DNA of 64,000 nt, taken from NCBI GenBank assembly GCA_963840855.1, contig CAWJBB010000039.1:60517-124516 (forward strand), in the 5' to 3' direction. Of the stretch, positions 29,011 to 38,542 are shown in pieces (within the stretch, counting starts at the first letter, position 1; every line of letters begins with the position of its first letter). This DNA comes from an uncultured delta proteobacterium (GTDB lineage Bacteria > Desulfobacterota > Binatia > UBA9968). The translations under genes and the position numbers were made by a program. The notes beneath the pieces were generated by a model. The model searched no databases, had not been told where the DNA came from, and saw only the letters and a list, made by a program, of their open reading frames with translations.

Positions 29011-29864
29011 TTCTGTGCCCCGACATACGCTGCTAGCGCTTCGCGCCAATGACGCATAGGACGAAATTTTAAGGATTCAGACAAGAGGCAGCGTAAGGGC
29101 GTGTAGCGCGGGCGCGCCGCCGCGCGATTCATGTCCCGTTCGTGCGTAATTTCAATCAATGCGTCGATGCGAGCGCGGGTTAGCCCCGCCAATCGTCCCG
29201 CTTCCAGCGCGAACTCGTAGTAGCTGCAAACGCCATCGTTGACCACATGGTACGTGCCGTAGCGCCGCCGATTGAGGATTTCCAGACAGCGCTCAATCAA
29301 ATCCTCTACATAGGTCGTGCTCGACCAAATGTCGTCGATGGCGCGCACTGGTTTGCCGGTTCTGAGATCGTCGTGCACGGTGCAAAGAAAACTCTTTTTA
29401 CCGCTGCCGTAAACCCAAGAAGTGCGGATGATATAACTCCGCGCGCAAGCATTGCGGACGCCGTCTTCGCCGGCGAGTTTGGTTCGCCCGTAGTGATTCA
29501 CCGGCCGCGCCTCGTCGTCTATCGTGTAAGGCGAACGGCCAACCGGTTCCCCTTCGAAGGCATACTGTGTGCTAAAGTGAATGATTTCAGCGCCGGTGCG
29601 ATTCGCCGCTTCGGCAAAAAACCGCGGCCCGTCCACGTTTACCGCCTGAGCCTTGTCCGGCTTTTCGTCCGCCTCATCGACTTGTATGACGGCGCCGTTG
29701 ATCATCAGATCGGGACGGAAGTCCGCCACGCGTCGGTGCACCGATTCGCCGTCGGCAATATCGAGTTCTCGGTGTGTTAATGCCAATACCTCGTGATCGC
29801 GCGCGAACCTGCGCGCGAAATGGCTCGCGACCAGTCCGGCGCCACCGCTGATGAGAACCTTCAT
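29004..29864 (-). CDS. Second RfbD-like SDR sugar-nucleotide reductase
   Basis: GGAGLVA, HFSTQYAF, YGRTK, RTSWVY, RPRYTPL; more divergent than the 3822 copy. Confidence 0.8.
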   Translation of the reverse strand: MKVLISGGAGLVASHFARRFARDHEVLALTHRELDIADGESVHRRVADFRPDLMINGAVIQVDEADEKPDKAQAVNVDGPRFFAEAANRTGAEIIHFSTQYAFEGEPVGRSPYTIDDEARPVNHYGRTKLAGEDGVRNACARSYIIRTSWVYGSGKKSFLCTVHDDLRTGKPVRAIDDIWSSTTYVEDLIERCLEILNRRRYGTYHVVNDGVCSYYEFALEAGRLAGLTRARIDALIEITHERDMNRAAARPRYTPLRCLLSESLKFRPMRHWREALAAYVGAQKE

Positions 29865-29924
29865 GGCGAACAAACTGTAATGCGAAGCCGGGGGTTCAGC
29901 AAGCGGGGGAGAAGCGAAAAAAAA

Positions 29925-29995
29925 TGGATTGTTGGACTAATGGAGCGTTGGGTCTCGGCCCCATTACTCCGCTATTCCAACATTCCATTACTCCA
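29925..29995. repeat. Octamer-period inverted-arm element
   Basis: TGGATTGT TGGACTAA TGGAGCGT TGGG ... CCATTACT CCGCTATT CCAACATT CCATTACT CCA. Confidence 0.85.
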
Positions 29996-30061
29996 GTCGC
30001 AACTAGGTGATCGAGGGCGAATAGGTTTAATTATCGGCAACTAAGCCTTTTCCAGAGCCTG

Positions 30062-30427
30062 CTAATACTCCGGCTTGCTTCGTCTGAGATTTTCCAGCTC
30101 GATACGCTGGCGTTCGAGCTCAAGCTGATTTCTCTGAATCTGGACGTCCTGGTTTACTGCCGCGTTCTCTCGGCCCTGCAGCTGATCACCGATCAACGCC
30201 CCGGCGCCGAGTCCTAATACACTGCCAATTGCCGCCCCGGCGGCGGGATGGCGTACCGCGGAACCGATAAGGCCGCCCGCCGCGGCGCCACCGAGCGCGC
30301 CGATACCCGCGCCTTTTTCCCGGGTTGTCAAAGAGCCGCCGGCGCACCCCAAGGTCAAGATACTTAAAATCGCCGTCATGCCAATGATACCATTCAGTCT
30401 GTTGATTCGATGAAATTTGACGTTCAT
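30062..30427 (-). CDS. Glycine-zipper lipoprotein
   Basis: Lipobox LTLG-C; GAGIGALGGAAAGGLIG...GAAIG..LGLGAGALIG; coiled-coil tail. Confidence 0.8.
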   Translation of the reverse strand: MNVKFHRINRLNGIIGMTAILSILTLGCAGGSLTTREKGAGIGALGGAAAGGLIGSAVRHPAAGAAIGSVLGLGAGALIGDQLQGRENAAVNQDVQIQRNQLELERQRIELENLRRSKPEY

Positions 30428-30535
30428 GGCAAACACCCTCCCTACACTGTCCTTTAGACGTTCCAGCGACGAATTTGTTTACCGACCCGGCACTCGATTA
30501 CAGTTACTAAGGAGTTCAAGATCAGCGGGCTTACT

Positions 30536-30635
30536 GGTTCAAAGTTCAAGGTTCAATGTTCAACGTGTTCCGATCTTATATAAACCGCATATCCATGATC
30601 TCTAACTTTGAACCTTGAACATTAAACGTTGAACC
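30536..30635. repeat. GTTCAA/TTGAAC heptamer inverted-arm element
   Basis: GGTTCAAAGTTCAAGGTTCAATGTTCAACG ... AACTTTGAACCTTGAACATTAAACGTTGAACC. Confidence 0.88.
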
Positions 30636-30659
30636 GCACACGCAGTGTGCTTGCCGCCG

Positions 30660-31361
30660 TCAACCGAACCGTCGGAGCTCGGCGATCCGGTCATCCAGCG
30701 CCGGGTGCGTGGACAGAAATCCGCCGCCACGATCTCCGCCCGCGCGGCGTATCCAGTCCAGTGTGTCGATCATGATCTCTTTCCGATAGCCGGCGCGCTG
30801 GAGAATTTCTATGGCGCGCCGGTCGGCCGCATATTCCTCCGAACGCCCATAGCTCCGGGCGATGAACGTCCCTGCCAGCGGTGTCAACGCGCTGCTTCCC
30901 GGCAGCAACTGTTCGAGCAAAGCCACGCCCGCGTTGATCCCCGCGCCGAGCACCTGCGCTTTGGCGACATGGCCGAGGTCTTCGTGGGCGATTTCATGCG
31001 CCAGCACCCCGCGCAACTGGTCATCGCTCGCTCTCTGCACGAGCGCCGTCGTGACGTAGAATTGGCATCCACCGGCGTTGGCGGCGTTAATTTCGTTTTC
31101 CCGTACCAATCCGACCCGCATCTCATTCATGGGGCAAGGATGGTCCATCGCGCGAACCAAAGGCATGATAATCCGGCGCAGGCGCTGCGCTTCCCAAGAC
31201 TCGCTGGCCGCGCCGCGCCGCGTGTTGCCATAATAGGCATCGGCGCGCGGCGCGCGCGGAGCCGGATAGGGTGCGGCCGCAATGCAGCCGGAGAATTGAA
31301 TCACCGCGAGCAACAACGCTCCAACCGTCAGCTGCGGCCGCTTTTTCTTATCTTCGACCAT
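30660..31361 (-). CDS. M48 family metallopeptidase (likely lipoprotein)
   Basis: INAA, VLAHEIAH, YGRSEEYAAD, FLSTHP...RI. Confidence 0.88.
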   Translation of the reverse strand: MVEDKKKRPQLTVGALLLAVIQFSGCIAAAPYPAPRAPRADAYYGNTRRGAASESWEAQRLRRIIMPLVRAMDHPCPMNEMRVGLVRENEINAANAGGCQFYVTTALVQRASDDQLRGVLAHEIAHEDLGHVAKAQVLGAGINAGVALLEQLLPGSSALTPLAGTFIARSYGRSEEYAADRRAIEILQRAGYRKEIMIDTLDWIRRAGGDRGGGFLSTHPALDDRIAELRRFG

Positions 31362-31412
31362 GGTCTTCACGGGCTTCGGATTTCAGCCTCATAGAGGAAC
31401 AACAAATACGCC

Positions 31413-32273
31413 TCACGACCCCGCCTTCGGCAGCTGGCTGGCCGTCGACTGCGTAGCGTGCTTATCTTCGATCAGTTCAAGATAGACGCTGCCGAAAACT
31501 ATTTTGCTGGTGAGCTTGATCGGTATCCGCCGCGCATCCGCCGAGATCCAAATTACCGCCTCGTTCAAACGTTTCGCGTAGCCGTTTTTGGTGATGTTCT
31601 GCAGGCGTGGGATAATCTTGTAAGCCTCCACGGTCTTGCCGGATTCCAGGGTCACCGGTTCTTTGCGCTCGATGTGCAGCTCCAGGAGATAGCGGTAGCG
31701 TCCGCCGAATAACTTGAAATACAGCCGGTCGCCGATTTTGAAATCAAGACTGCGCGCGAGATAAACCGCCGTTAGCGGATCAAGAGTGTTTTGCGAGTCG
31801 AACTCATAGGATTTCCGCCGTTTGCCCACCTGCTGGCGGTTCACCGCCCAGCGTTTCGTCGACTCGTTATACCGTGCCTCGGTGTCGATGACGCGGGAGT
31901 TTTCCCTTTGGTGGAAGCTGAAGCTTGAAGGGATGAGCGCTCGGGCGTCAAAACTCGAATGGATCGTATCGCGCATTTTCCAAATCAGATCCAGTGCCAT
32001 GGAAGTCTTAGCCTCCACCCGCACGTTGTAAACCTGCCGGCCGCCGACGACCGTAGGCGTGGTGTATATCTCCGCCGTTGCTACCGAAACCAGACCATTC
32101 CAACTGCCGCGGTAAACCGCCTTTTCCCCGCCCTCGAACGGATAATACTTGGGCTGATAAGCCGGCACCGCTTCAGGCTTAATAGGCAATACCTGGCCGC
32201 CATCCAAAACCGGCACCGCAAGCAACGTCACGAGCATCGAGAGGGCAGCAAGAAAGTTCATTTTATTTCTCAT
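31413..32273 (-). CDS. DUF3108 family exported protein
   Basis: PFEGGEKAVY, DPLTAVY, IWISADARRIPIKL..KIVFGSV. Confidence 0.75.
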   Translation of the reverse strand: MRNKMNFLAALSMLVTLLAVPVLDGGQVLPIKPEAVPAYQPKYYPFEGGEKAVYRGSWNGLVSVATAEIYTTPTVVGGRQVYNVRVEAKTSMALDLIWKMRDTIHSSFDARALIPSSFSFHQRENSRVIDTEARYNESTKRWAVNRQQVGKRRKSYEFDSQNTLDPLTAVYLARSLDFKIGDRLYFKLFGGRYRYLLELHIERKEPVTLESGKTVEAYKIIPRLQNITKNGYAKRLNEAVIWISADARRIPIKLTSKIVFGSVYLELIEDKHATQSTASQLPKAGS

Positions 32274-32409
32274 TACGCACCTTTAGACGATTGGCTAGGG
32301 CAGATATTAAGGGTTTTCCAAAAAAACTAAAACGGCCTTCAACCAGTTGTTTTTATTGTCAACATCAAGTCTATTCGTTACCATTCCTGCTATTTAGAGG
32401 AGGCTGTCC

Positions 32410-33552
32410 GTGCAACCCATACCCTTAAGGTTTTTCACCTTCGTAGTTCTAGCGTCGAGCTTTGCCACTGCCGGCGCCATCGGCCAAAACAAAGTAAACT
32501 CGTCCGTGCCGTCGCGGGAGCAAGTTATAGCCTGCTTGAGACAAGCCGGCGGCGCGGAGTGCCTCGACAATCTGTTTCGCGAAATGCTTAAGACCCATTC
32601 CACCGCCCAGGCGTTGGAGCTGATCCAGCGTTTTGAAAGAGAAGATCCAGAGTTGCGCCGCGACTGCCACCCGGTGGTCCATGCCATCGGCCGAGAGACC
32701 TATCGCTTGAAGGGCAATATTCATGATTCGTTTTCCGCCTGCGACCAGACCTGCCATTCCGGCTGCTATCACGGCTCAGTGGAACGGTTTCTGCGCGGTA
32801 ACGAGATTTACGCCCAAGCTAACAAGCATCCAACTCACGCCGAGCTCAAACAAAAGGCCGCCGCCGCTTGCGATCCGAAACTTCCAGGGCGGCTGCGTTT
32901 TCAATGCCTGCACGGTTTGGGGCACGCGCTGCTTTATTTCTCGCGTTATCAACTGGTCCCGTCTCTGGAAGCCTGCGACGCGCTTACCGAGGACTGGAGC
33001 CGCAGTTCATGCTATGGCGGCGTGTTCATGGAAAACGTTTTCAACGCCACGCCGGAAACCCGCGATCTCAGTCCAACAGACTACCACTATCCGTGCAACA
33101 ATTTGAGCGAAAAATACCGCGGCGAGTGCTACGTCATGCAAACATCGCGCATGGTCGAAATGGGGCTTTCCACCGAGGAGGTTTTCCACCAATGCACCAA
33201 AGCCGGCGTTCATAGCGCCCAATGTTCGTTGTCCGTGGGGCGTGATCTTTCCAACTATGTGCGCGTCGGCGAAACCACCGCCGCCGCGCGCAAGTGTGAG
33301 TTGGCCCAGGGGGACGATCGCCGAGCCTGCGTTCGCGGCGTTGTCTACGCGCTTATCGACAATACCTGGGATGGGCGCTACGCCTGGCCGTTCTGCGCCG
33401 CCCTTGCCCAAGAAAATGATCAAAACCGCTGTTTGCAAGAAAGCATTCAATACTTGAAGACCACGTTCGAAAAAACCGGCGACGAAATTGGCAAAGACTG
33501 TGGGCGACTCGTCAACATCTCGCGCCGCTGTGAAAACCTGGCGACGCAATAG
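32410..33552 (+). CDS. Exported Cys/His-rich helical repeat protein, function unknown
   Basis: GGAGG RBS, signal peptide, 20 Cys by my count; CHPVVHAIG, GCYHG, CLHGLGH, CYGGVFMEN. Confidence 0.8.
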   Translation: MQPIPLRFFTFVVLASSFATAGAIGQNKVNSSVPSREQVIACLRQAGGAECLDNLFREMLKTHSTAQALELIQRFEREDPELRRDCHPVVHAIGRETYRLKGNIHDSFSACDQTCHSGCYHGSVERFLRGNEIYAQANKHPTHAELKQKAAAACDPKLPGRLRFQCLHGLGHALLYFSRYQLVPSLEACDALTEDWSRSSCYGGVFMENVFNATPETRDLSPTDYHYPCNNLSEKYRGECYVMQTSRMVEMGLSTEEVFHQCTKAGVHSAQCSLSVGRDLSNYVRVGETTAAARKCELAQGDDRRACVRGVVYALIDNTWDGRYAWPFCAALAQENDQNRCLQESIQYLKTTFEKTGDEIGKDCGRLVNISRRCENLATQ

Positions 33553-33561
33553 ACACCGTCC

Positions 33562-33696
33562 GGTTTAAAGTTCAAGGTTCAAAGTTCAAAGTTTCCGATA
33601 CGAAGGAGTCCGTCTGTAAAACCGCGAGAGGCCGAATTGGGGCATCGCATCGTGCGAATCCGGAACCTTGAACTTTGAACCTTGAACTTTGAACGG
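33562..33696. repeat. GTTCAA/TTGAAC heptamer inverted-arm element
   Basis: GTTTAAAGTTCAAGGTTCAAAGTTCAAAGTTTCCGA ... TCCGGAACCTTGAACTTTGAACCTTGAACTTTGAACGG between convergent genes. Confidence 0.9.
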
Positions 33697-33699
33697 AAG

Positions 33700-34449
33700 T
33701 TAGAACATATAGCTGCCGCAGTTGATATTGTAGGACTGTCCAGTGATGAACGCCGCCGCGTCGCTGGCAAGAAACAGGATCGGTCCGGCGATGTCCTCGG
33801 GCTCGAGCACATGGGGCAACGGCGTCGAGCGCAGCCGCGCCATGATTTCTTCTTCGGTACGGTGTTGGCGGGGCATAGCGGTATTTGCCGAGCCTGGACA
33901 AATGGCATTGACGGTAATCCCATCCGGTCCCAGCTCGCGGGCCAGCGCCTTGACGAATCCCATCACCGCGGCCTTCGACGCGGCATAATGGGAGAATTGC
34001 CTCATACCGTAATGGCCGATGCCGGATGCGAGGCTGATAATCCGGCCGCTTTTTTGCGCGCGCATGGCCGGCACGAACTCCCGGCAACAGAGGAAGTTGC
34101 TGCCGACGTTGACGTCCATGGTGCGATCCCAATCCTGTTCGGACAGGTCAACCACCGACGCCTTGGGAAAATAAATGCCGGCAACGTTTACCAGGATGTC
34201 GGCGCGGCCAAAATGGCCGAACGTTTCCTTCGCCATGCGCTTGACGGAGGATTCACTGGCGACGTTGACTTCGACGGCGAGCCCTTGGGCGCCAAGTGCG
34301 TGTATTTCACCTGCCACGGACTGGGCTTTCTCGCCCTGCAAGTCGGCGACGACAACTTTCGCTCCTTCTCGACCCATGCCGAGGGCGACGGCCCGGCCGA
34401 TCCCTTGCGCCCCACCCGTGACAACCGCAACTTTGTCTTTGAGTCTCAT
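33700..34449 (-). CDS. Short-chain dehydrogenase/reductase (FabG-like)
   Basis: TGGAQGIG, LVNVAG, YAASK, VNAICPG. Confidence 0.9.
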   Translation of the reverse strand: MRLKDKVAVVTGGAQGIGRAVALGMGREGAKVVVADLQGEKAQSVAGEIHALGAQGLAVEVNVASESSVKRMAKETFGHFGRADILVNVAGIYFPKASVVDLSEQDWDRTMDVNVGSNFLCCREFVPAMRAQKSGRIISLASGIGHYGMRQFSHYAASKAAVMGFVKALARELGPDGITVNAICPGSANTAMPRQHRTEEEIMARLRSTPLPHVLEPEDIAGPILFLASDAAAFITGQSYNINCGSYMF

Positions 34450-35198
34450 GGCATCACCAGCCCGCCGTTCACATGAAGAGTTTGCCCGGTAATCGCCGCG
34501 GCTTCGGCCGTGGTGAGGAAATAATACATCTCGGCCAAATCCTCAGGCTGCCCGGTTCGGCCGAGCGGGATGGACGAATACCAACGCTGCTTGCGCGCCT
34601 CTGGAGTTTCTTTTTCCATTACCCGCGGCGTATCGGTGGGACCGGGCGCCACCGTGTTGGCTAGAATGCCGTCGGGCGCCAGCTCGAGAGCAAGCGATTT
34701 CGTAAAACTGATGATACCAGCCTTGGCGGCCGCATAAGGCGCGCGCAACGCCGAGCCGGTGACGCCATAGTTGGACGCTGTGTTCATGATGCGCCCGCTT
34801 TTTTGCCTTTGCATGACCGGCGCGACTTCGCGGCACATGAGAAAAGTGCCCTTCACATTAGTATCGATGACCTGCTTCCACTCGGCCCAGGTGAATTCTT
34901 CGATGCGCTTGGTGTAAAAGCTGCCGCCGGCGATATTGGCTAGTACATCGATGCGGCCGAAGCGCTGCGCGACGTCGGTGACGAGCGCCTTTACCTCACG
35001 CCCCTGGGTCACATCCACCGAGAGCGCCTCCGCCTTGCCGCCGCCGGATTTGATCTCCGCGCTGACTTGCTCTGCCGCGGCGTGATCGTAATCCGCGATG
35101 ACGACAATCATGCCGGCAACGGCCATGCGCCGCGCCACGGCGCCACCGATACCGCCGCCGCCTCCCGTGAGCAAAGCTACTTGGGCCGCTTGATTCAT
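34446..35198 (-). CDS. Short-chain dehydrogenase/reductase (FabG-like)
   Basis: TGGGGGIG, LANIAG, YAAAK, NTVAPG. Confidence 0.9.
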   Translation of the reverse strand: MNQAAQVALLTGGGGGIGGAVARRMAVAGMIVVIADYDHAAAEQVSAEIKSGGGKAEALSVDVTQGREVKALVTDVAQRFGRIDVLANIAGGSFYTKRIEEFTWAEWKQVIDTNVKGTFLMCREVAPVMQRQKSGRIMNTASNYGVTGSALRAPYAAAKAGIISFTKSLALELAPDGILANTVAPGPTDTPRVMEKETPEARKQRWYSSIPLGRTGQPEDLAEMYYFLTTAEAAAITGQTLHVNGGLVMP

Positions 35199-36979
35199 AC
35201 GCTTTCTCCATCGGCCGCCGTCGCATAGATCGCGCTGATGATTTTTTCATACCGTTCTTGCACGGCCTTGCGCTCGATTTTGATTTTCTCGAAGACGCTG
35301 ACGCTGCGCACCTCCGGCGGAAAATCGGACGGCATAATGCCAAACTTGCGGACCCGTTCGTACGCTTCCAGCGATCTATTGATCTCCTCCAGGCGCGACC
35401 GGATCAATGCCTCGATTGCACCATCGCTCAGGGCAGACTCGGCTTTCTTCAGCTCGGCGGCCATTAGCTTTTTATCAGGCACGATCAGCGCCGCGATAAA
35501 CGGCCGCTGGTCACCGAGCAAAATCGCTTGCCGGATAAAGCGGTCGTTTTCGAGCAGGAGCTCGATATGGGCGGGATAGATATTGGAGCCGTCGGAGCAG
35601 TTGAAAATATCTTTCTTGCGCCCGACGATAAAAAGGCAACCCTCCTCGTCGATCATGCCGCAATCTCCGGTATGGAACCATCCCTCGGCGTCGATTGCTT
35701 CCCGAGTCGCCTCGGGATTATTGAAATATCCGGGCGTCACGGTGGGTCCGCGCACCAGGAGCTCGCCGTCGGCGGCGATGCGCAACTCGATGTTGGCAAA
35801 GGGCCGCCCCAGGCTTCCCGGCTTGTTATCGCCGACGCCGCTGAGCGTCACGCCGCCGCATTCGGTGATGCCGTAGGAGCCCAACAGGGGAATTCGCATG
35901 AGCTCGAAGAGTCGTATGATCCGCGGCGGCATCGCCGCGCCGCCATACGCGAGATATTTGATCCTGCCGCCCAGCGCCTTTCTTGTGGCCTCGCCGAGCT
36001 CGGCGCGCAGTTCTTCGAACCGCGCTGTTTCAAAGCCATTCAATTCCGCGCCCGTGTTCTTGCGGCGATCCAACTCCTCCAGCCGCTCACATTGCTCCCG
36101 GCAGCCTTTTTCGTCAAAAATCTTTTCCAAAAATTTCTCAATGACCCGAGGAACCATGGCCAGAGCCGTGGGCGCAAGCGCGTCGATGGTCCGCATATTC
36201 ACTGCATTTTCCGTGGCTTCGATCACGGCCGTAGCGCGCCCGGTGACAACGCTTTTCAAAAAGCCAAAACGGCCGAACAGATGATTAAGGTTTAGAACGA
36301 TGACTGTCAATTCGTCGGGATCGCTCGAAGATATCGGACGGCCATTGGTGATATTCGCAAGCAGATTATTATGGGTGCGCATGACACCCTTGGGCTCACC
36401 GGTGGAACCGGAGGTGTACATGATCGTCGCGAGATCGTCGGGATAAACCGATTCCAGTATCGCTCCGAAGCGCCCTTCGTCGTCCCGCGCGCCGCGCGAC
36501 AGAAACTCGCCGAACGAGAGGGCGCAGGGCAAGCCGGCGCCGCTGCCATCGAGAACGATCAAATAATCGAGCGCAGGCAATTGGCCCTTGAGATTGAGTA
36601 ACCGCCCCACCGCCGTCTCATTTTGCACGAAGGCCGCGCGGCAGCTGGAATGACCGAGAATCATGCGCAACATCCTGTCGGATAGGCCGGGGGAAACGAT
36701 GACGTTGGGGAAACCGCCCCCTAGGGTCGCAAGGTCGGCGCACAGCCACTCAAGGCTATTCTCGCCGATGATCGCCACGCGGTCGCCTTTGTTCAAGCCG
36801 AGAGCGTAAAGCGCAAAAATGGCGGCGCGCACTTTGGTGCCAAAATCGTGCCATGAGATTTCGTCAAATTGCTCGCCGCGTTGCACCTTGATGAAGCTCC
36901 TCTCGCCAAGTTCCGCAACGCGATTAAAGAAGATCGCCGCTATATGACGGTCCTGTGATACTTGCCGCGCCGTATTCAT
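35195..36979 (-). CDS. AMP-forming acyl-CoA ligase, long-chain type
   Basis: YTSGSTGEPKG, SYGITE, GWFHTGD, GRKKD. Confidence 0.9.
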   Translation of the reverse strand: MNTARQVSQDRHIAAIFFNRVAELGERSFIKVQRGEQFDEISWHDFGTKVRAAIFALYALGLNKGDRVAIIGENSLEWLCADLATLGGGFPNVIVSPGLSDRMLRMILGHSSCRAAFVQNETAVGRLLNLKGQLPALDYLIVLDGSGAGLPCALSFGEFLSRGARDDEGRFGAILESVYPDDLATIMYTSGSTGEPKGVMRTHNNLLANITNGRPISSSDPDELTVIVLNLNHLFGRFGFLKSVVTGRATAVIEATENAVNMRTIDALAPTALAMVPRVIEKFLEKIFDEKGCREQCERLEELDRRKNTGAELNGFETARFEELRAELGEATRKALGGRIKYLAYGGAAMPPRIIRLFELMRIPLLGSYGITECGGVTLSGVGDNKPGSLGRPFANIELRIAADGELLVRGPTVTPGYFNNPEATREAIDAEGWFHTGDCGMIDEEGCLFIVGRKKDIFNCSDGSNIYPAHIELLLENDRFIRQAILLGDQRPFIAALIVPDKKLMAAELKKAESALSDGAIEALIRSRLEEINRSLEAYERVRKFGIMPSDFPPEVRSVSVFEKIKIERKAVQERYEKIISAIYATAADGESV

Positions 36980-38352
36980 TGTCCCAACTGTGCAAACAGC
37001 GCTGGCGCATACTTTGGACGGCCTGCTTTCTCGATTCGTCTGAGTCCTTTGATTTCCTCTCTATGGGCGTAGGCGTGAAGCAGGGCTTCAGCTGTATCAT
37101 CCAAATGTCCCTGTAAGTAGCGGCGCGCGGGTACGGCCAGGCGCAGTAGCTCTACGCCCCGCTCCTTTTGGCTGGGCGCCAGAGGCGGACCCTTTGTCAG
37201 ACGAACCCCTGAGGTTTCATAGATGAAAGCCGCCAGCGCCTCCGCCGCAAAGTTTTCCTTGGGAACTTGCGTCAAGAACCGCGCAACGTCGATAAACACG
37301 CCGTGGCCTCCAGCGGGATGGAGCACCGGAATCGTGTCTTTCAGTCGCCGCCATAAGTAGTGAACCTGTTCCACGCGGCTTGCCGCATAGGCATCGCCCG
37401 TAAGCAATTCGTCCAATGCAATGCTCAGTGCACAGATAACGGCGCTGCCGGCTTGCGCGCCGTCAAGAAAGCTCTGGGCGTAGGCCTTCTGATAAGCAGC
37501 TTCGTCGCGCGCGCCGATGAACCCCCCCGCGGCCACCGAGAAATCCTTGAGCGCGCTCATCGTGCAGCCGTCGGCCAGCGCACAGGTTTCACTGATGATC
37601 TCCGCCACGCTGTGGTTTTGATAGCCGGGCTCGCGCCGCTTGATCAAATAACTGTTTTCCAGAATCCGGCAGGCATCGAGAAACAGCGGCACGCGGTTGG
37701 CGCCGGCGGCGGCTTTTACCGCTTTTAGATTACCGAGGGACACTGGATGGCCGCCGCAGCTGTTGACGCAGAGTTCGACGTAAACGCACGCGACTTTGTC
37801 TTCATGCTCTTTGAACGCCGCCGTCAGTTTGGTCAGGTCGATGTCGCCTTTGAATAGGTGTTCGGCGGTGAGATCGTGGGCTCCGTCGTTGATAACATCC
37901 AGCACTTTTCCGCCATTGGCCTCAATATGATAGCGTGTCGAGGGAAAAAGCATATTGCCGGGCACGACGCAGCCCAACTGGACATGGAGCTTCGTCCACA
38001 GCCGTTCCGCCGCTCTTCCCTGCGCCAGCGGAAGCATGTAGGGAAAGCCAAAAACTTCCCGGAATTTGTCCGTGAGCGAGCGGAAGGCGCCGCTGCCTTC
38101 CGCGGCCATTTCCATGCCCGACTCCAGAGAACCCGCGCCCAACAGCGTGGCCACTTGTCGGGTGCTGAAGGCGCTAACGCCGCTATCGGTCTTGAGATCG
38201 ACGTAAACCAGCTCTTGGGGGATCAGTTCAGTGTTGTAACAGGCGGCCTGGAGCGCGGCTTGACGCTCTTGTCGGGATGTTTGGCGCAGCGGCCGCACCG
38301 CCGCCATCTCATAAGGGACGGAAAAAACGACTTCAGAGAAATTTTCTTTCAT
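36976..38352 (-). CDS. Divergent tryptophanase/tyrosine phenol-lyase family PLP enzyme
   Basis: DLKTDSG, QGRAAE, FKGDIDL, GGHPVS, DACR, MSALKD (PLP lysine), GGHGVFID, LRLAVP. Confidence 0.88.
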   Translation of the reverse strand: MKENFSEVVFSVPYEMAAVRPLRQTSRQERQAALQAACYNTELIPQELVYVDLKTDSGVSAFSTRQVATLLGAGSLESGMEMAAEGSGAFRSLTDKFREVFGFPYMLPLAQGRAAERLWTKLHVQLGCVVPGNMLFPSTRYHIEANGGKVLDVINDGAHDLTAEHLFKGDIDLTKLTAAFKEHEDKVACVYVELCVNSCGGHPVSLGNLKAVKAAAGANRVPLFLDACRILENSYLIKRREPGYQNHSVAEIISETCALADGCTMSALKDFSVAAGGFIGARDEAAYQKAYAQSFLDGAQAGSAVICALSIALDELLTGDAYAASRVEQVHYLWRRLKDTIPVLHPAGGHGVFIDVARFLTQVPKENFAAEALAAFIYETSGVRLTKGPPLAPSQKERGVELLRLAVPARRYLQGHLDDTAEALLHAYAHREEIKGLRRIEKAGRPKYAPALFAQLGQ

Positions 38353-38454
38353 CGATGGGTCTTCTCGCTCGCCTACAAGCGGGATTATTCCCAAGATTAG
38401 CGCCTAAGGAGTAATCCTCTACAGTCGTGGCCAATGGGATGGTACGTTATCAGA

Positions 38455-38527
38455 GTTCGATCCGTTCAAATAGTTCAAATCGTTCCAAACGTTTTGAACG
38501 GCTCGAACTACTTGAACGTTTTGAACC
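38455..38527. repeat. GTTCAA/TTGAAC inverted-arm element, 9-bp period
   Basis: GTTCGATCC GTTCAAATA GTTCAAATC GTTCCAAAC GTT TTGAACGGC TCGAACTAC TTGAACGTT TTGAACC. Confidence 0.85.
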
Positions 38528-38542
38528 TACTTTTGCCGACTC

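Noticed and set aside
32357-32369. FNR-like site TTGTCAACATCAA
   Set aside because: One base short of TTGAT-N4-ATCAA and mismatched.
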